This document shows, one piece after another, positions 37,188 through 45,426 of a DNA stretch of 64,000 nt (positions within the stretch are counted from its first letter, which is position 1; each line of letters starts with the position of its first letter). The DNA is from Candidatus Latescibacterota bacterium. Lineage in GTDB: Bacteria; Latescibacterota; UBA2968; UBA8231. The position numbers and the translations under genes were made by a program. The stretch covers positions 672,001-736,000 of the forward strand of contig CBDFJF010000002.1 of NCBI GenBank assembly GCA_965248265.1. The letters run 5' to 3'. The notes beneath the pieces were generated by a model. It ran no database searches and was not told the origin of the DNA. It saw only the letters and a program-made list of their open reading frames with translations.

Positions 37188-39629
37188 ATGCCGTCCGATC
37201 CATCGAAATCCAGTACTTCCGACACCACCCGAGCACCGGTCGGAGTCCACCGGCTTGAAGATCTGCTTGCCCACCTGGAGGGGCACGGTTACAAGCGCAA
37301 TGGTCGCAAGGCGATCATCGAGAAAGCGGCGGACGCCGAGGTCTATTACAAGGACAATGACCTGGCCGTCGACGTACTGCGCAGCAAGTACCTGGCGCCG
37401 GGAGAAACCGGGCCCCTGCAGATGTGGGACCGCATCGCCCGGGCCATGGCCTCGGTGGAGGAAGACAGGGAATACTGGTACGATCGGTTTTTTTCGCTGC
37501 TACTGGATTTCAAGTTCATCCCGGGTGGTCGGGTCATGCACGGCGCCGGCCGCGAGGAGGCGAAGCGCAAGCCGACGCTGTCGAACTGCTACGTGGTGCC
37601 GATCGAGACTGATAGCATCGAGGGCATTTACCGCTGCCTGAGTGAGTCGGCCATGGTCTATCGCACCGGCGGCGGCGTGGGGACCGACCTGTCCATTCTG
37701 CGTCCCAAGGGCGCGGCCGTGAACGCGACCGTCGATCGCTCGCCGGGATGCACCGCATTCATGAACCTGCTGAGCGAGAGCACGAACGCGGTGTCGCAGG
37801 CAGGACGGCGGGGCGCATTGATGCTGACGCTGCGCGTCGATCACCCCGACATCGAGGATTTCATCACGATCAAGAACGACGCAAATCGCACCAAGGTGCA
37901 GCACGCGAATATCAGCGTGTTGATCACCCATGAGTTTATGAATGCGGTTCTGGAAGACACCGACTTCGACCTGCGGTGGGGGGGTGAGGTGTACCAGACG
38001 GTTCGCGCCCGCGAACTGTGGAACAAGATCATCACCAATGCCCACGCCAGCGCCGAGCCCGGGATCATCTTCTGGGATACCATGCGCGAGTATCACAACG
38101 TCGAATACGCCAACCAGCTGACGAGCACGAACCCGTGTGGCGAACAGCCGCTGGCATCCTACACGGCCTGTAATCTCGGCAATCTGAATCTCGTCGCGTT
38201 CGTACGGGATGACGGCAGTTTCGACTATGAGGACCTGGCCGAAAGCGCGGCGGTGGCGACGCGTTTCCTGGACGACGTCATCGACTACAACATGGACAAC
38301 CACGCCATGCCCAAGATCCGGGATGCGGTCGGCTCTGACCGGCGCGTCGGACTGGGCATCACCGGGTTGGCGGATGCGCTGGTGCTGATGTCGCTGCGCT
38401 ACGACACCGACGAGGCGCTGGAGGTGGTGGAGAAGATCATGCAGACGATCTGCTACTACGCCTACGAGACCTCCATCGAGCTGGCGCGTGAGAAGGGCTC
38501 ATTCCCACTGTTCGAGTGGGAAGGCCTGTCCAAGAGCAAGTTCATCCAGGGTCTGCCCGAAGGTATCAGGGAGCGTATCCAGGAGCACGGCTTGCGCAAC
38601 AGCACACTGGTGACGATGCCACCGGTTGGAACCGGATCGATCGTGGCGCAGACCGCTTCCGGCATCGAACCGATCTTCTGCACCAGCTACAAACGGCGGG
38701 TCAAGCAGCATGATGGCGAGAGTTTTCGCGAATACAAGGTTTATCATCCGCTGATCAAGCGAGTGTTCGGGGATGACGAGAGTCTACCGGATCACGTCGT
38801 CACCTCGCATGAGATCGATCCCTATTTTCGGGTCAAGATGCAGGGTGTTATTCAGAAGTACACCGACAGCAGCATTTCGTCGACGATCAATCTGGCTGAG
38901 GAAACGACCGTCGAAACCGTCGCCGATATCTACATCACGGCGTACAAGGAAGGTCTCAAGGGCGTAACCGTGTACCGCGAGGGCAGTCGGCAGGGGATCC
39001 TGCAGACGGACACATCGGAAGCAGGTTCCGATGCGTCTAACGCAAAAGCGGAGGAGGCGCCCGTGGAAGGCGAAGCTGAGACCATCAATGATTCCTCGGG
39101 CTTCCATCCGCGCCTGCGGCCCGCGGTGACTCAAGGGGTCACCGAACGGATCCGCACGGGCGAGGGCAACATCTACGTTACCATCAATGAGGACGAGCAG
39201 GGCCTGTGCGAGGTATTCAGCACCATCGGCAAGGCGGGAGGCAATGCCGCGGCGCAGTCCGAGGCCATCAGTCGGCTGATTTCGCTGGCGTTGAGGTCGA
39301 GCATCAATCCCCAGGAGATCGTCAAGATGCTGAAGGGGATTTCCGGTCCCACCCCGGTGTGGGAAAACGGCGAGTTGATTCTGTCGACTCCCGATGCCAT
39401 CGGGCGGGCTCTGGAACGCTACCTGGAGCGCAGGGGAGATGCGCCTGCCGCTGGTCCGGTCACTCACCAGGCCGCGGCACCCTCGGCCGCAGCGGGTTCG
39501 GCATCAGGAGGCGCGCCGCCCGCGGCTCAGGGGGTGGTCAACTCCGTCACCTGTCCGGAGTGCGGGTCGACGGTCGTACACGAAAGCAACTGTCTCGCCT
39601 GCAAGCATTGTGGCTGGTCGAAGTGTTGA
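37188..39629 (+). CDS. nrdJ: Adenosylcobalamin-dependent (class II) ribonucleotide reductase with TSCPD/zinc-ribbon C-terminus
   Basis: LSNCYV, GGGVG, RRGALM, TNPCGEQPL, CNLG, GLKGVTVYREGSR, C-terminal CPECG...CKHCGWSKC; no nrdB nearby. Confidence 0.9.
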   Translation: MPSDPSKSSTSDTTRAPVGVHRLEDLLAHLEGHGYKRNGRKAIIEKAADAEVYYKDNDLAVDVLRSKYLAPGETGPLQMWDRIARAMASVEEDREYWYDRFFSLLLDFKFIPGGRVMHGAGREEAKRKPTLSNCYVVPIETDSIEGIYRCLSESAMVYRTGGGVGTDLSILRPKGAAVNATVDRSPGCTAFMNLLSESTNAVSQAGRRGALMLTLRVDHPDIEDFITIKNDANRTKVQHANISVLITHEFMNAVLEDTDFDLRWGGEVYQTVRARELWNKIITNAHASAEPGIIFWDTMREYHNVEYANQLTSTNPCGEQPLASYTACNLGNLNLVAFVRDDGSFDYEDLAESAAVATRFLDDVIDYNMDNHAMPKIRDAVGSDRRVGLGITGLADALVLMSLRYDTDEALEVVEKIMQTICYYAYETSIELAREKGSFPLFEWEGLSKSKFIQGLPEGIRERIQEHGLRNSTLVTMPPVGTGSIVAQTASGIEPIFCTSYKRRVKQHDGESFREYKVYHPLIKRVFGDDESLPDHVVTSHEIDPYFRVKMQGVIQKYTDSSISSTINLAEETTVETVADIYITAYKEGLKGVTVYREGSRQGILQTDTSEAGSDASNAKAEEAPVEGEAETINDSSGFHPRLRPAVTQGVTERIRTGEGNIYVTINEDEQGLCEVFSTIGKAGGNAAAQSEAISRLISLALRSSINPQEIVKMLKGISGPTPVWENGELILSTPDAIGRALERYLERRGDAPAAGPVTHQAAAPSAAAGSASGGAPPAAQGVVNSVTCPECGSTVVHESNCLACKHCGWSKC

Positions 39630-39644
39630 CATAGCCTGACGCTA

Positions 39645-39669
39645 AAAGGGTCGCCATCGGCGACCCTTT
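39645..39669. terminator. Probable bidirectional intrinsic terminator
   Basis: AAAGGGTCGCC-ATC-GGCGACCCTTT between convergent genes. Confidence 0.75.
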
Positions 39670-39670
39670 C

Positions 39671-40483
39671 TTATTCCCCTCCGTCCACCTCGAGAATCAA
39701 TCCGTCATAGGCCAGTTCGACGCCAGGCGGGAGACTCTCGTTTGTAAGTCGATGGTCCAGCTCGTGTGCCACATGGGTGAAGAACGTCCTGCGTGGTTTG
39801 ATCTCGGCGACTACATCCAGCGCCTGCGCGACGTTAAAATGGGTCGGGTGTTCCTTGGGCCGCAGAGCGTCCAGGATAAGGGTGTCCAGGTCCCGCAGCT
39901 GATCCATCGAGTTTTCGGGAATGGCGTTGCAGTCGGTGACATAGGCGAAATCACCCATGCGGAAGGCCAAAACCGGCAGCCTGCCGTGCATGACCGTGAT
40001 TGGCTGCACGCGGAGTCCGTGTAAATCGAGCGGCTGGTTTTCAATGTGGCGCAGGTCCAGCTGGGGCAAGGCGTGGGCATAGGGCGAGTCAAAGGCGTAG
40101 TCGAACACCCGTCTGATGCGCTCCAGGGTGCGCTCGTCACCGTAACAAGGAAGGGCGCGGTCAAAGCAGAAGCAGCGCACGTCGTCGAGGCCGTGCAGGT
40201 GATCGGCGTGGCCATGTGTGAACAGGACGGCGTCCAATCGATCGACTCCGTAATGCAATGCCTGAGTGCGCAGGTCAGGGGTGGTGTCGATGAGAACGAC
40301 GGCGCCGTCGGTGCCGGGGGCGGCAGAATCGCCGCTGGTGCTTTCAGCATCGTTTTCATATTCGAGCAGCGCCGAGCAGCGCAAGCGTTTGTTCAGTGGA
40401 TCCTCCGACACACAGACGGGGCAGGTACAGCCGATTCGGGGTACCCCAACCGACGTGCCCGTCCCGAGCAGTGTCACTTTCAT
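39671..40483 (-). CDS. MBL-fold metallo-hydrolase (PhnP-like)
   Basis: LGTGTSVGVP..GCTCPVC, DTTPDLR, THGHADHLHGLDD, AYVTD. Confidence 0.9.
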   Translation of the reverse strand: MKVTLLGTGTSVGVPRIGCTCPVCVSEDPLNKRLRCSALLEYENDAESTSGDSAAPGTDGAVVLIDTTPDLRTQALHYGVDRLDAVLFTHGHADHLHGLDDVRCFCFDRALPCYGDERTLERIRRVFDYAFDSPYAHALPQLDLRHIENQPLDLHGLRVQPITVMHGRLPVLAFRMGDFAYVTDCNAIPENSMDQLRDLDTLILDALRPKEHPTHFNVAQALDVVAEIKPRRTFFTHVAHELDHRLTNESLPPGVELAYDGLILEVDGGE

Positions 40484-41268
40484 GCGGGTTGACAGGCAGG
40501 AGTTGCCGCGGGCAGGTCCGTTTCAATAAGGGTAAGTATTTGCGGGCCATCTTCCGTCAAGGCTACCGTGTGCTCGAAATGGGCGACAGCGGAGCCATCG
40601 CGGGTGCGCGTGGTCCAACCGTCGTCTGCGACGAACACCTCCGGCTTGCCCATGCTGAGGATGGGCTCGATGCAAAAGACGAAACCGGCTTTGAGTCGCG
40701 GTCCCTTCCCCGGTCGCCCGTGGTTGGGGATGTGAGGGTCCTCGTGCAGGGCTCGTCCGATCCCATGACCGCCGAAATCGCGAACGACCGACAAGCCACT
40801 GCCCTCCGCGCGTTGTTGCACCGCGTGGGAGATGTCCGAGAGGCGGCCTCCAAGCTGCGCTGCGTCGATGCCATCCTGCAAGGCCGCCCTGGTGTTGGTC
40901 AACAGGCGCTCCCGATCCTGGCCGATCTCGCCGACGCCCATCGTGAACGCGCCATCCCCGAAAAAACCCTCGAGCTGGACACCGACATCCACGCTGACGA
41001 TATCCCCTTCCACCAAAGGCCTGTCATCTGGAAATCCGTGTACGGCCTGTTCATTCACAGAGGCGCAGATGGAGGCCGGGAATCCATGGTATCCCTTGAA
41101 GGCAGGCAGGGCTCCGCAATCCCGGATCGCTCTCTCCGCCAGGGCGTCCAGATCGGCGGTGCTGACACCGGGACCGAGGGCTGACTCGAGCAGTCGCTGA
41201 ACCTGACTGACAATGCGGCAGCTGCCACGAATTCGCTTGATTTCATCCGGACTTTTGAGTTTGGTCAA
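40480..41268 (-). CDS. map: Methionine aminopeptidase type I
   Basis: ICASVNE..VHG, DVGV...FFGD, GHGIGR.LHEDP, IEP, AHFEHTV. Confidence 0.96.
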   Translation of the reverse strand: MTKLKSPDEIKRIRGSCRIVSQVQRLLESALGPGVSTADLDALAERAIRDCGALPAFKGYHGFPASICASVNEQAVHGFPDDRPLVEGDIVSVDVGVQLEGFFGDGAFTMGVGEIGQDRERLLTNTRAALQDGIDAAQLGGRLSDISHAVQQRAEGSGLSVVRDFGGHGIGRALHEDPHIPNHGRPGKGPRLKAGFVFCIEPILSMGKPEVFVADDGWTTRTRDGSAVAHFEHTVALTEDGPQILTLIETDLPAATPACQPA

Positions 41269-41309
41269 GCCAATAATCCAAGGTAAGAAAACGTTGTTTG
41301 TTGTTGTTT

Positions 41310-41338
41310 ATTAAAAAGATGGACCCATCTGGTGTCAA
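41310..41338 (-). promoter_or_regulatory. Putative map promoter with a palindromic spacer
   Basis: Minus strand TTGACA-17 bp-TTTAAT; the spacer holds AGATGG-AC-CCATCT. Confidence 0.55.
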
Positions 41339-41378
41339 GCGATGCGCCTGCGGGCAGGATAGTTCTGCCGCTTGGTTT

Positions 41379-41403
41379 CGAGAATTCGCGCCGCGAATTC
41401 TCG
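41379..41403. repeat. 12-bp perfect inverted repeat with 1-nt spacer
   Basis: CGAGAATTCGCG-C-CGCGAATTCTCG. Confidence 0.8.
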
Positions 41404-41427
41404 GAAAGACCGCGCCTGCGGTCTTCA

Positions 41428-41456
41428 TTGCCATCCCCAGGGGCCTTTTATATATT
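41428..41456 (+). promoter_or_regulatory. Putative topA promoter
   Basis: TTGCCA-17 bp-TATATT. Confidence 0.55.
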
Positions 41457-41510
41457 TGTAAAACTTATGGCTCTAGAGACCAGATACTCGGCTCTAGGGC
41501 CGTCTCATTA

Positions 41511-41542
41511 TGCACGCCTATCATCGTGCACGCCTATCATCG
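41511..41542. repeat. Perfect 16-bp tandem duplication in the topA leader
   Basis: TGCACGCCTATCATCG x2, followed by the partial TACACCCC. Confidence 0.85.
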
Positions 41543-41616
41543 TACACCCCTGGTTCGAGTAGCATGGGCCAGAACACCCTGACGAACCTCTCAGACAGGG
41601 CCACGAAATCGATTAA

Positions 41617-43851
41617 ATGGCAAAATCGCTTGTAGTAGTCGAGTCGCCGGCCAAGGCGACGACGATCAACAAGATTCTCGGCAAGGATTTTCTCGTCAAA
41701 TCCTGCATGGGACACGTGCGGGATCTGCCGCCCAAGGAATTAGGGGTGGACGTAGAGAACGACTTCCAGCCACGGTACGTGACCATCCGCGGCAAGGGTA
41801 AGATTCTCTCCGAGTTGAAGAAGGCTGCCCAGAGTGCGGATACCGTGTACCTGGCCACTGACCCCGATCGCGAAGGGGAGGCGATCGCCTGGCATGTTGC
41901 TCACGCGATTGCCAAGAAAGATCACACGATCAACCGGATTTTGTTCAATGAGATCACCCCGAGGGCGGTGCGCGAATCAATCACCAAACCTCTCGAACTA
42001 GACCTGGCCAAGGTCAACGCGCAACAGGCGCGGCGCGTCCTGGACCGGCTCGTCGGTTACGAAATCAGTCCGCTGCTGTGGAAGGTCATCCATGCCGGTC
42101 TGTCCGCAGGGCGAGTGCAATCGGTTGCACTGAGGCTGATCTGCGAGCGAGATGGGGAAATCAACGCTTTCGAGCCGGTGGAGTACTGGTCCATCGACGC
42201 CCTGGTGAAGCAGGCGAAGCAAACGGACGAAGCCTTCAAGGCCCATGTCATCCAGTTCGAGGGAGAGAAGATCTCCATCGACAACGAAGACACTGCCAAC
42301 ACGATTACAGCCGCGCTGAGGGTGGCCGAGTTCAAAGTCAAGGACGTCAACAAACGCGAGCAGCAACGCCGTCCGTCACCGCCGTTCATCACCAGCACCC
42401 TACAGCAGGACGCTGCCCGTCGCTTGAGGTTTTCGGTCAAGCGCACGATGGCCGTTGCCCAGCAGCTGTACGAGGGGATTGAGGTCTTGGGCGAGGTCCG
42501 AGGTCTGATAACCTACATGCGTACTGATTCGGTGCGTGTGGCCGACGAAGCCGTGGTTTCGGTGCGGCAAGAGATCGAGAGGATGTTCGGCTCCGAGTAC
42601 GTGCCTGACAAACCCAATCAATACAAAACCAAGCGCAGTGCGCAGGATGCGCATGAGGCCATACGGCCCACGGCCGTCGAACTGCACCCCGAGAAGATCA
42701 AGGACGCGTTGACTGCGGATCAGGCGAAGCTCTACGAGCTGGTGTGGAAGCGTTTCGTGGCCTCGCAGATGAAGCCACACGTGCTCAACGTGACCCGGGT
42801 CGATATTGAGGCCGACGCCTACACCCTGAGGGCAACCGGGTCCTCGACCAAGTTTCCGGGTTTTTCACGTCTGTACACCGAGAGCAAGGAAGAAGAGGAC
42901 GAGGACGAGGCGGGCACTGTCCCGGCGGAGATCGCCGCCGGCGAGGCGCTCGCGCTGAATGATCTGTTTCCCGAACAGCACTTCACCAAACCGCCGCCGC
43001 GGTACTCGGAGGCCTCACTGGTGAAGGAGCTGGAAGCCAAGGGCATCGGCCGTCCGAGCACCTACGCCCAGATTATCAGCACCTTGCAGGATCGCGAGTA
43101 CGTGGACAGATCCAACGGCCGCAATTTCATCGGTACGGAGCGCGGTCACACCGTGAACAAGTTTCTCGTCGACACGTTTCCCAACATCTTTGATGTTCAG
43201 TTTACGGCCAAGATGGAGGACGAACTCGACCGCATCGAGGACGGCGAGGAAAACTGGGTCGAATCCGTGCGTCGGTTTTACGGCTCGTGGAAGGGATTCC
43301 TGGATGAGGCCAATGCCCGTCGCAAGGAGTTGAAGGCAGCCTTCCAGGAAGAAACCACGGTTGAGTGCGAGGAGTGCGGCCGCAACATGGTCGTCAAATG
43401 GGGGCGCAACGGACGGTTTCTAGCCTGTCCCGGATATCCCCAGTGCAAGAACACGAAACCTCTCGAAGAGGATGAAGAGGCGGCTACCACAGACGAAATC
43501 TGCGCCCAGTGCGAATCGCCCATGGTGGTCAAAACCGGCCGCTACGGTCGCTTTCTGGCCTGCAGTGCCTACCCCGAGTGCCGCAATGTCAAACCGTTCG
43601 CGCTCGGCATTGACTGTCCGGAAGAAGGCTGCGAGGGCGAACTCGTTGAGAAACAGTCCCGCAAGGGAAAGGTGTTTTACGGGTGCAACCAGTACCCGAG
43701 CTGCAAGTTCGCCAGTTGGGACAAGCCGGTGAAACAGACCTGCCCTCACTGTGAGGCGGCGTTGCTCTACGAGAAGGGTTCCAAGACCGGGACCCCCGCC
43801 CTCCACTGCAGGGTCTGCGAGACTCGCTTCGAGAACACGCAGGCAGCATAG
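41617..43851 (+). CDS. topA: DNA topoisomerase I
   Basis: VVESPAKA, ATDPDREGEAI, SAGRVQS, LITYMRTDS, GIGRPSTY, C-terminal zinc ribbons. Confidence 0.98.
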   Translation: MAKSLVVVESPAKATTINKILGKDFLVKSCMGHVRDLPPKELGVDVENDFQPRYVTIRGKGKILSELKKAAQSADTVYLATDPDREGEAIAWHVAHAIAKKDHTINRILFNEITPRAVRESITKPLELDLAKVNAQQARRVLDRLVGYEISPLLWKVIHAGLSAGRVQSVALRLICERDGEINAFEPVEYWSIDALVKQAKQTDEAFKAHVIQFEGEKISIDNEDTANTITAALRVAEFKVKDVNKREQQRRPSPPFITSTLQQDAARRLRFSVKRTMAVAQQLYEGIEVLGEVRGLITYMRTDSVRVADEAVVSVRQEIERMFGSEYVPDKPNQYKTKRSAQDAHEAIRPTAVELHPEKIKDALTADQAKLYELVWKRFVASQMKPHVLNVTRVDIEADAYTLRATGSSTKFPGFSRLYTESKEEEDEDEAGTVPAEIAAGEALALNDLFPEQHFTKPPPRYSEASLVKELEAKGIGRPSTYAQIISTLQDREYVDRSNGRNFIGTERGHTVNKFLVDTFPNIFDVQFTAKMEDELDRIEDGEENWVESVRRFYGSWKGFLDEANARRKELKAAFQEETTVECEECGRNMVVKWGRNGRFLACPGYPQCKNTKPLEEDEEAATTDEICAQCESPMVVKTGRYGRFLACSAYPECRNVKPFALGIDCPEEGCEGELVEKQSRKGKVFYGCNQYPSCKFASWDKPVKQTCPHCEAALLYEKGSKTGTPALHCRVCETRFENTQAA

Positions 43852-43862
43852 TACGAGCTTCA

Positions 43863-44894
43863 GTGCGGCATCGAGCAGCTCACCCGCGTGCCAATTCAAA
43901 GACTGACTCCGCTTCGCCGGTAAGCGCCGCCTCGAGCTTGGAGAGTGGGGCCGCGTTGTTTCTGGATGCTCTGGAGGCGCAAGGCTGTGCCCCAGGCACC
44001 GCACGGGCTTATCGCACCGACCTGTCGCAATTCGCTCTTTTCCTACATCCCAGAATGTCCACCCAGCCAGCGTGGGGCCTGCGAGACGTGGGCACCGATC
44101 ATCTTCGGCAGTTCATCGAGGATCTGCGTGAACATGGCTGCAAACCGCGCACGATCGCACGCAAGGTCGCAAGCGTACGCTCGTGCTTCCGGTTTCTGTG
44201 CGCCGAGGGGGTACTCGAGAGTAATCCCGCCATCGCCGTCAATGTTGCTGCGGTTGCCAGGGGATCCGAATCGCTACAGCGGGATGGCCTGGAACATGCC
44301 TTTGGGGAGCGAGCCGAAGGCCCGGATTTTCGCAGCGCCAGGGACAGAGCCATTCTCGAGATTCTGTACGGCTGCGGCTTGAGACTCAGTGAACTTGTCG
44401 GTCTGAACCTGTCTTCGTTGAGTATGGAAGAGGGACACTTGCGGTTGCAGGAACGTGACAACGAGCGCAGCGTGCCGATGGGATCCAGGGCTTCGGCTGC
44501 CATCGCCTCCTACCTGATCTGCAGAGCCGACCAACTGGTCGATCGGGACATCACCCAGATCGATGCGGGAGCGCTATTCGTTAACGAACGCGGCCTGCGT
44601 CTGCACCGCCGCACTGTCCAACGCATCGTAGCCCGCGGCCTGCCGCGCGCTGATGCTGGTGGATTGGCGACCCCACAATTGTTGCGCAACTCTTTCGCTA
44701 CGCATCTTCTCGACGGCGGAGCTCCTGTCGGTAGCGTTCAGGTGATGCTGGGTCAGACCTCACTGCCTGTCGCCGTACGCGAGCCGTCCTCGCTGGAGCA
44801 GCTGCGGGCCATGTACAACCGGGCGCACCCGCGTGCCTACCGTGAGGACGATGGCTTAACTATCGAGGTAGCGGGAGGAGGCACTGGGAAATGA
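43863..44894 (+). CDS. XerC-like tyrosine recombinase-fold protein, apparently catalytically inactive
   Basis: SAM-like N-domain (TARAYRTDL, RTIARKVASVRS), RDRAILEILYGCGLRLSEL, SFATHLLDGG, AHPRA. GKG, HxxRH, LGH and the catalytic Tyr are all substituted. Confidence 0.85.
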   Translation: MRHRAAHPRANSKTDSASPVSAASSLESGAALFLDALEAQGCAPGTARAYRTDLSQFALFLHPRMSTQPAWGLRDVGTDHLRQFIEDLREHGCKPRTIARKVASVRSCFRFLCAEGVLESNPAIAVNVAAVARGSESLQRDGLEHAFGERAEGPDFRSARDRAILEILYGCGLRLSELVGLNLSSLSMEEGHLRLQERDNERSVPMGSRASAAIASYLICRADQLVDRDITQIDAGALFVNERGLRLHRRTVQRIVARGLPRADAGGLATPQLLRNSFATHLLDGGAPVGSVQVMLGQTSLPVAVREPSSLEQLRAMYNRAHPRAYREDDGLTIEVAGGGTGK

Positions 44895-45424
44895 AGAAGA
44901 CGAGGGCGACGACGATTCTGGGTGTGCGCCACAAGGGCAAGGTGGTGATGGGAGGTGATGGGCAGATCACCTTCGGTGAGATGGTGCTCAAACACAGGAC
45001 ATCGAAGATCCGCAAGCTCTACAACGATTCCATCCTGGTGGGCTTTGCCGGCGGCACGTCGGATGCTCTGGCGCTGTTGGATCACTTCGAGTCCCGCTTG
45101 GAGGAACACAACGGACAGCTGGAGCGGGCCGCTCACGAGCTGGCGAGAGACTGGCGTACCGATCGCATGCTGCGACGTCTGGAAGCCATGATCGTCGCCA
45201 TGGACGCACAGCGCTCGCTGCTGATCTCGGGCGAGGGGGATCTGTTGACGCCTGATGATGACGTCATCAGTATCGGTTCAGGCTCGGCATACGCCACGGC
45301 CGCCGCCCGGGCTTACGTCGATGCTTCCAAACTCGGCGCCGCTCAGATCGTCAAACGCTCTCTGTTGATTGCCGCCGACATGTGCATCTATACCAATACA
45401 GACATCCAAATCCTCGAACTATAA
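44891..45424 (+). CDS. hslV: ATP-dependent protease subunit HslV
   Basis: ATTILGV, GDGQIT, GFAG, WRTDR.LRRLEA, IGSG, CIYTN. Confidence 0.97.
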   Translation: MKKTRATTILGVRHKGKVVMGGDGQITFGEMVLKHRTSKIRKLYNDSILVGFAGGTSDALALLDHFESRLEEHNGQLERAAHELARDWRTDRMLRRLEAMIVAMDAQRSLLISGEGDLLTPDDDVISIGSGSAYATAAARAYVDASKLGAAQIVKRSLLIAADMCIYTNTDIQILEL

Positions 45425-45426
45425 CT

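Noticed and set aside
43863-44894. Prophage or island integrase
   Set aside because: It sits in the housekeeping topA-hslVU context, with no att repeats or cargo and no catalytic Tyr.
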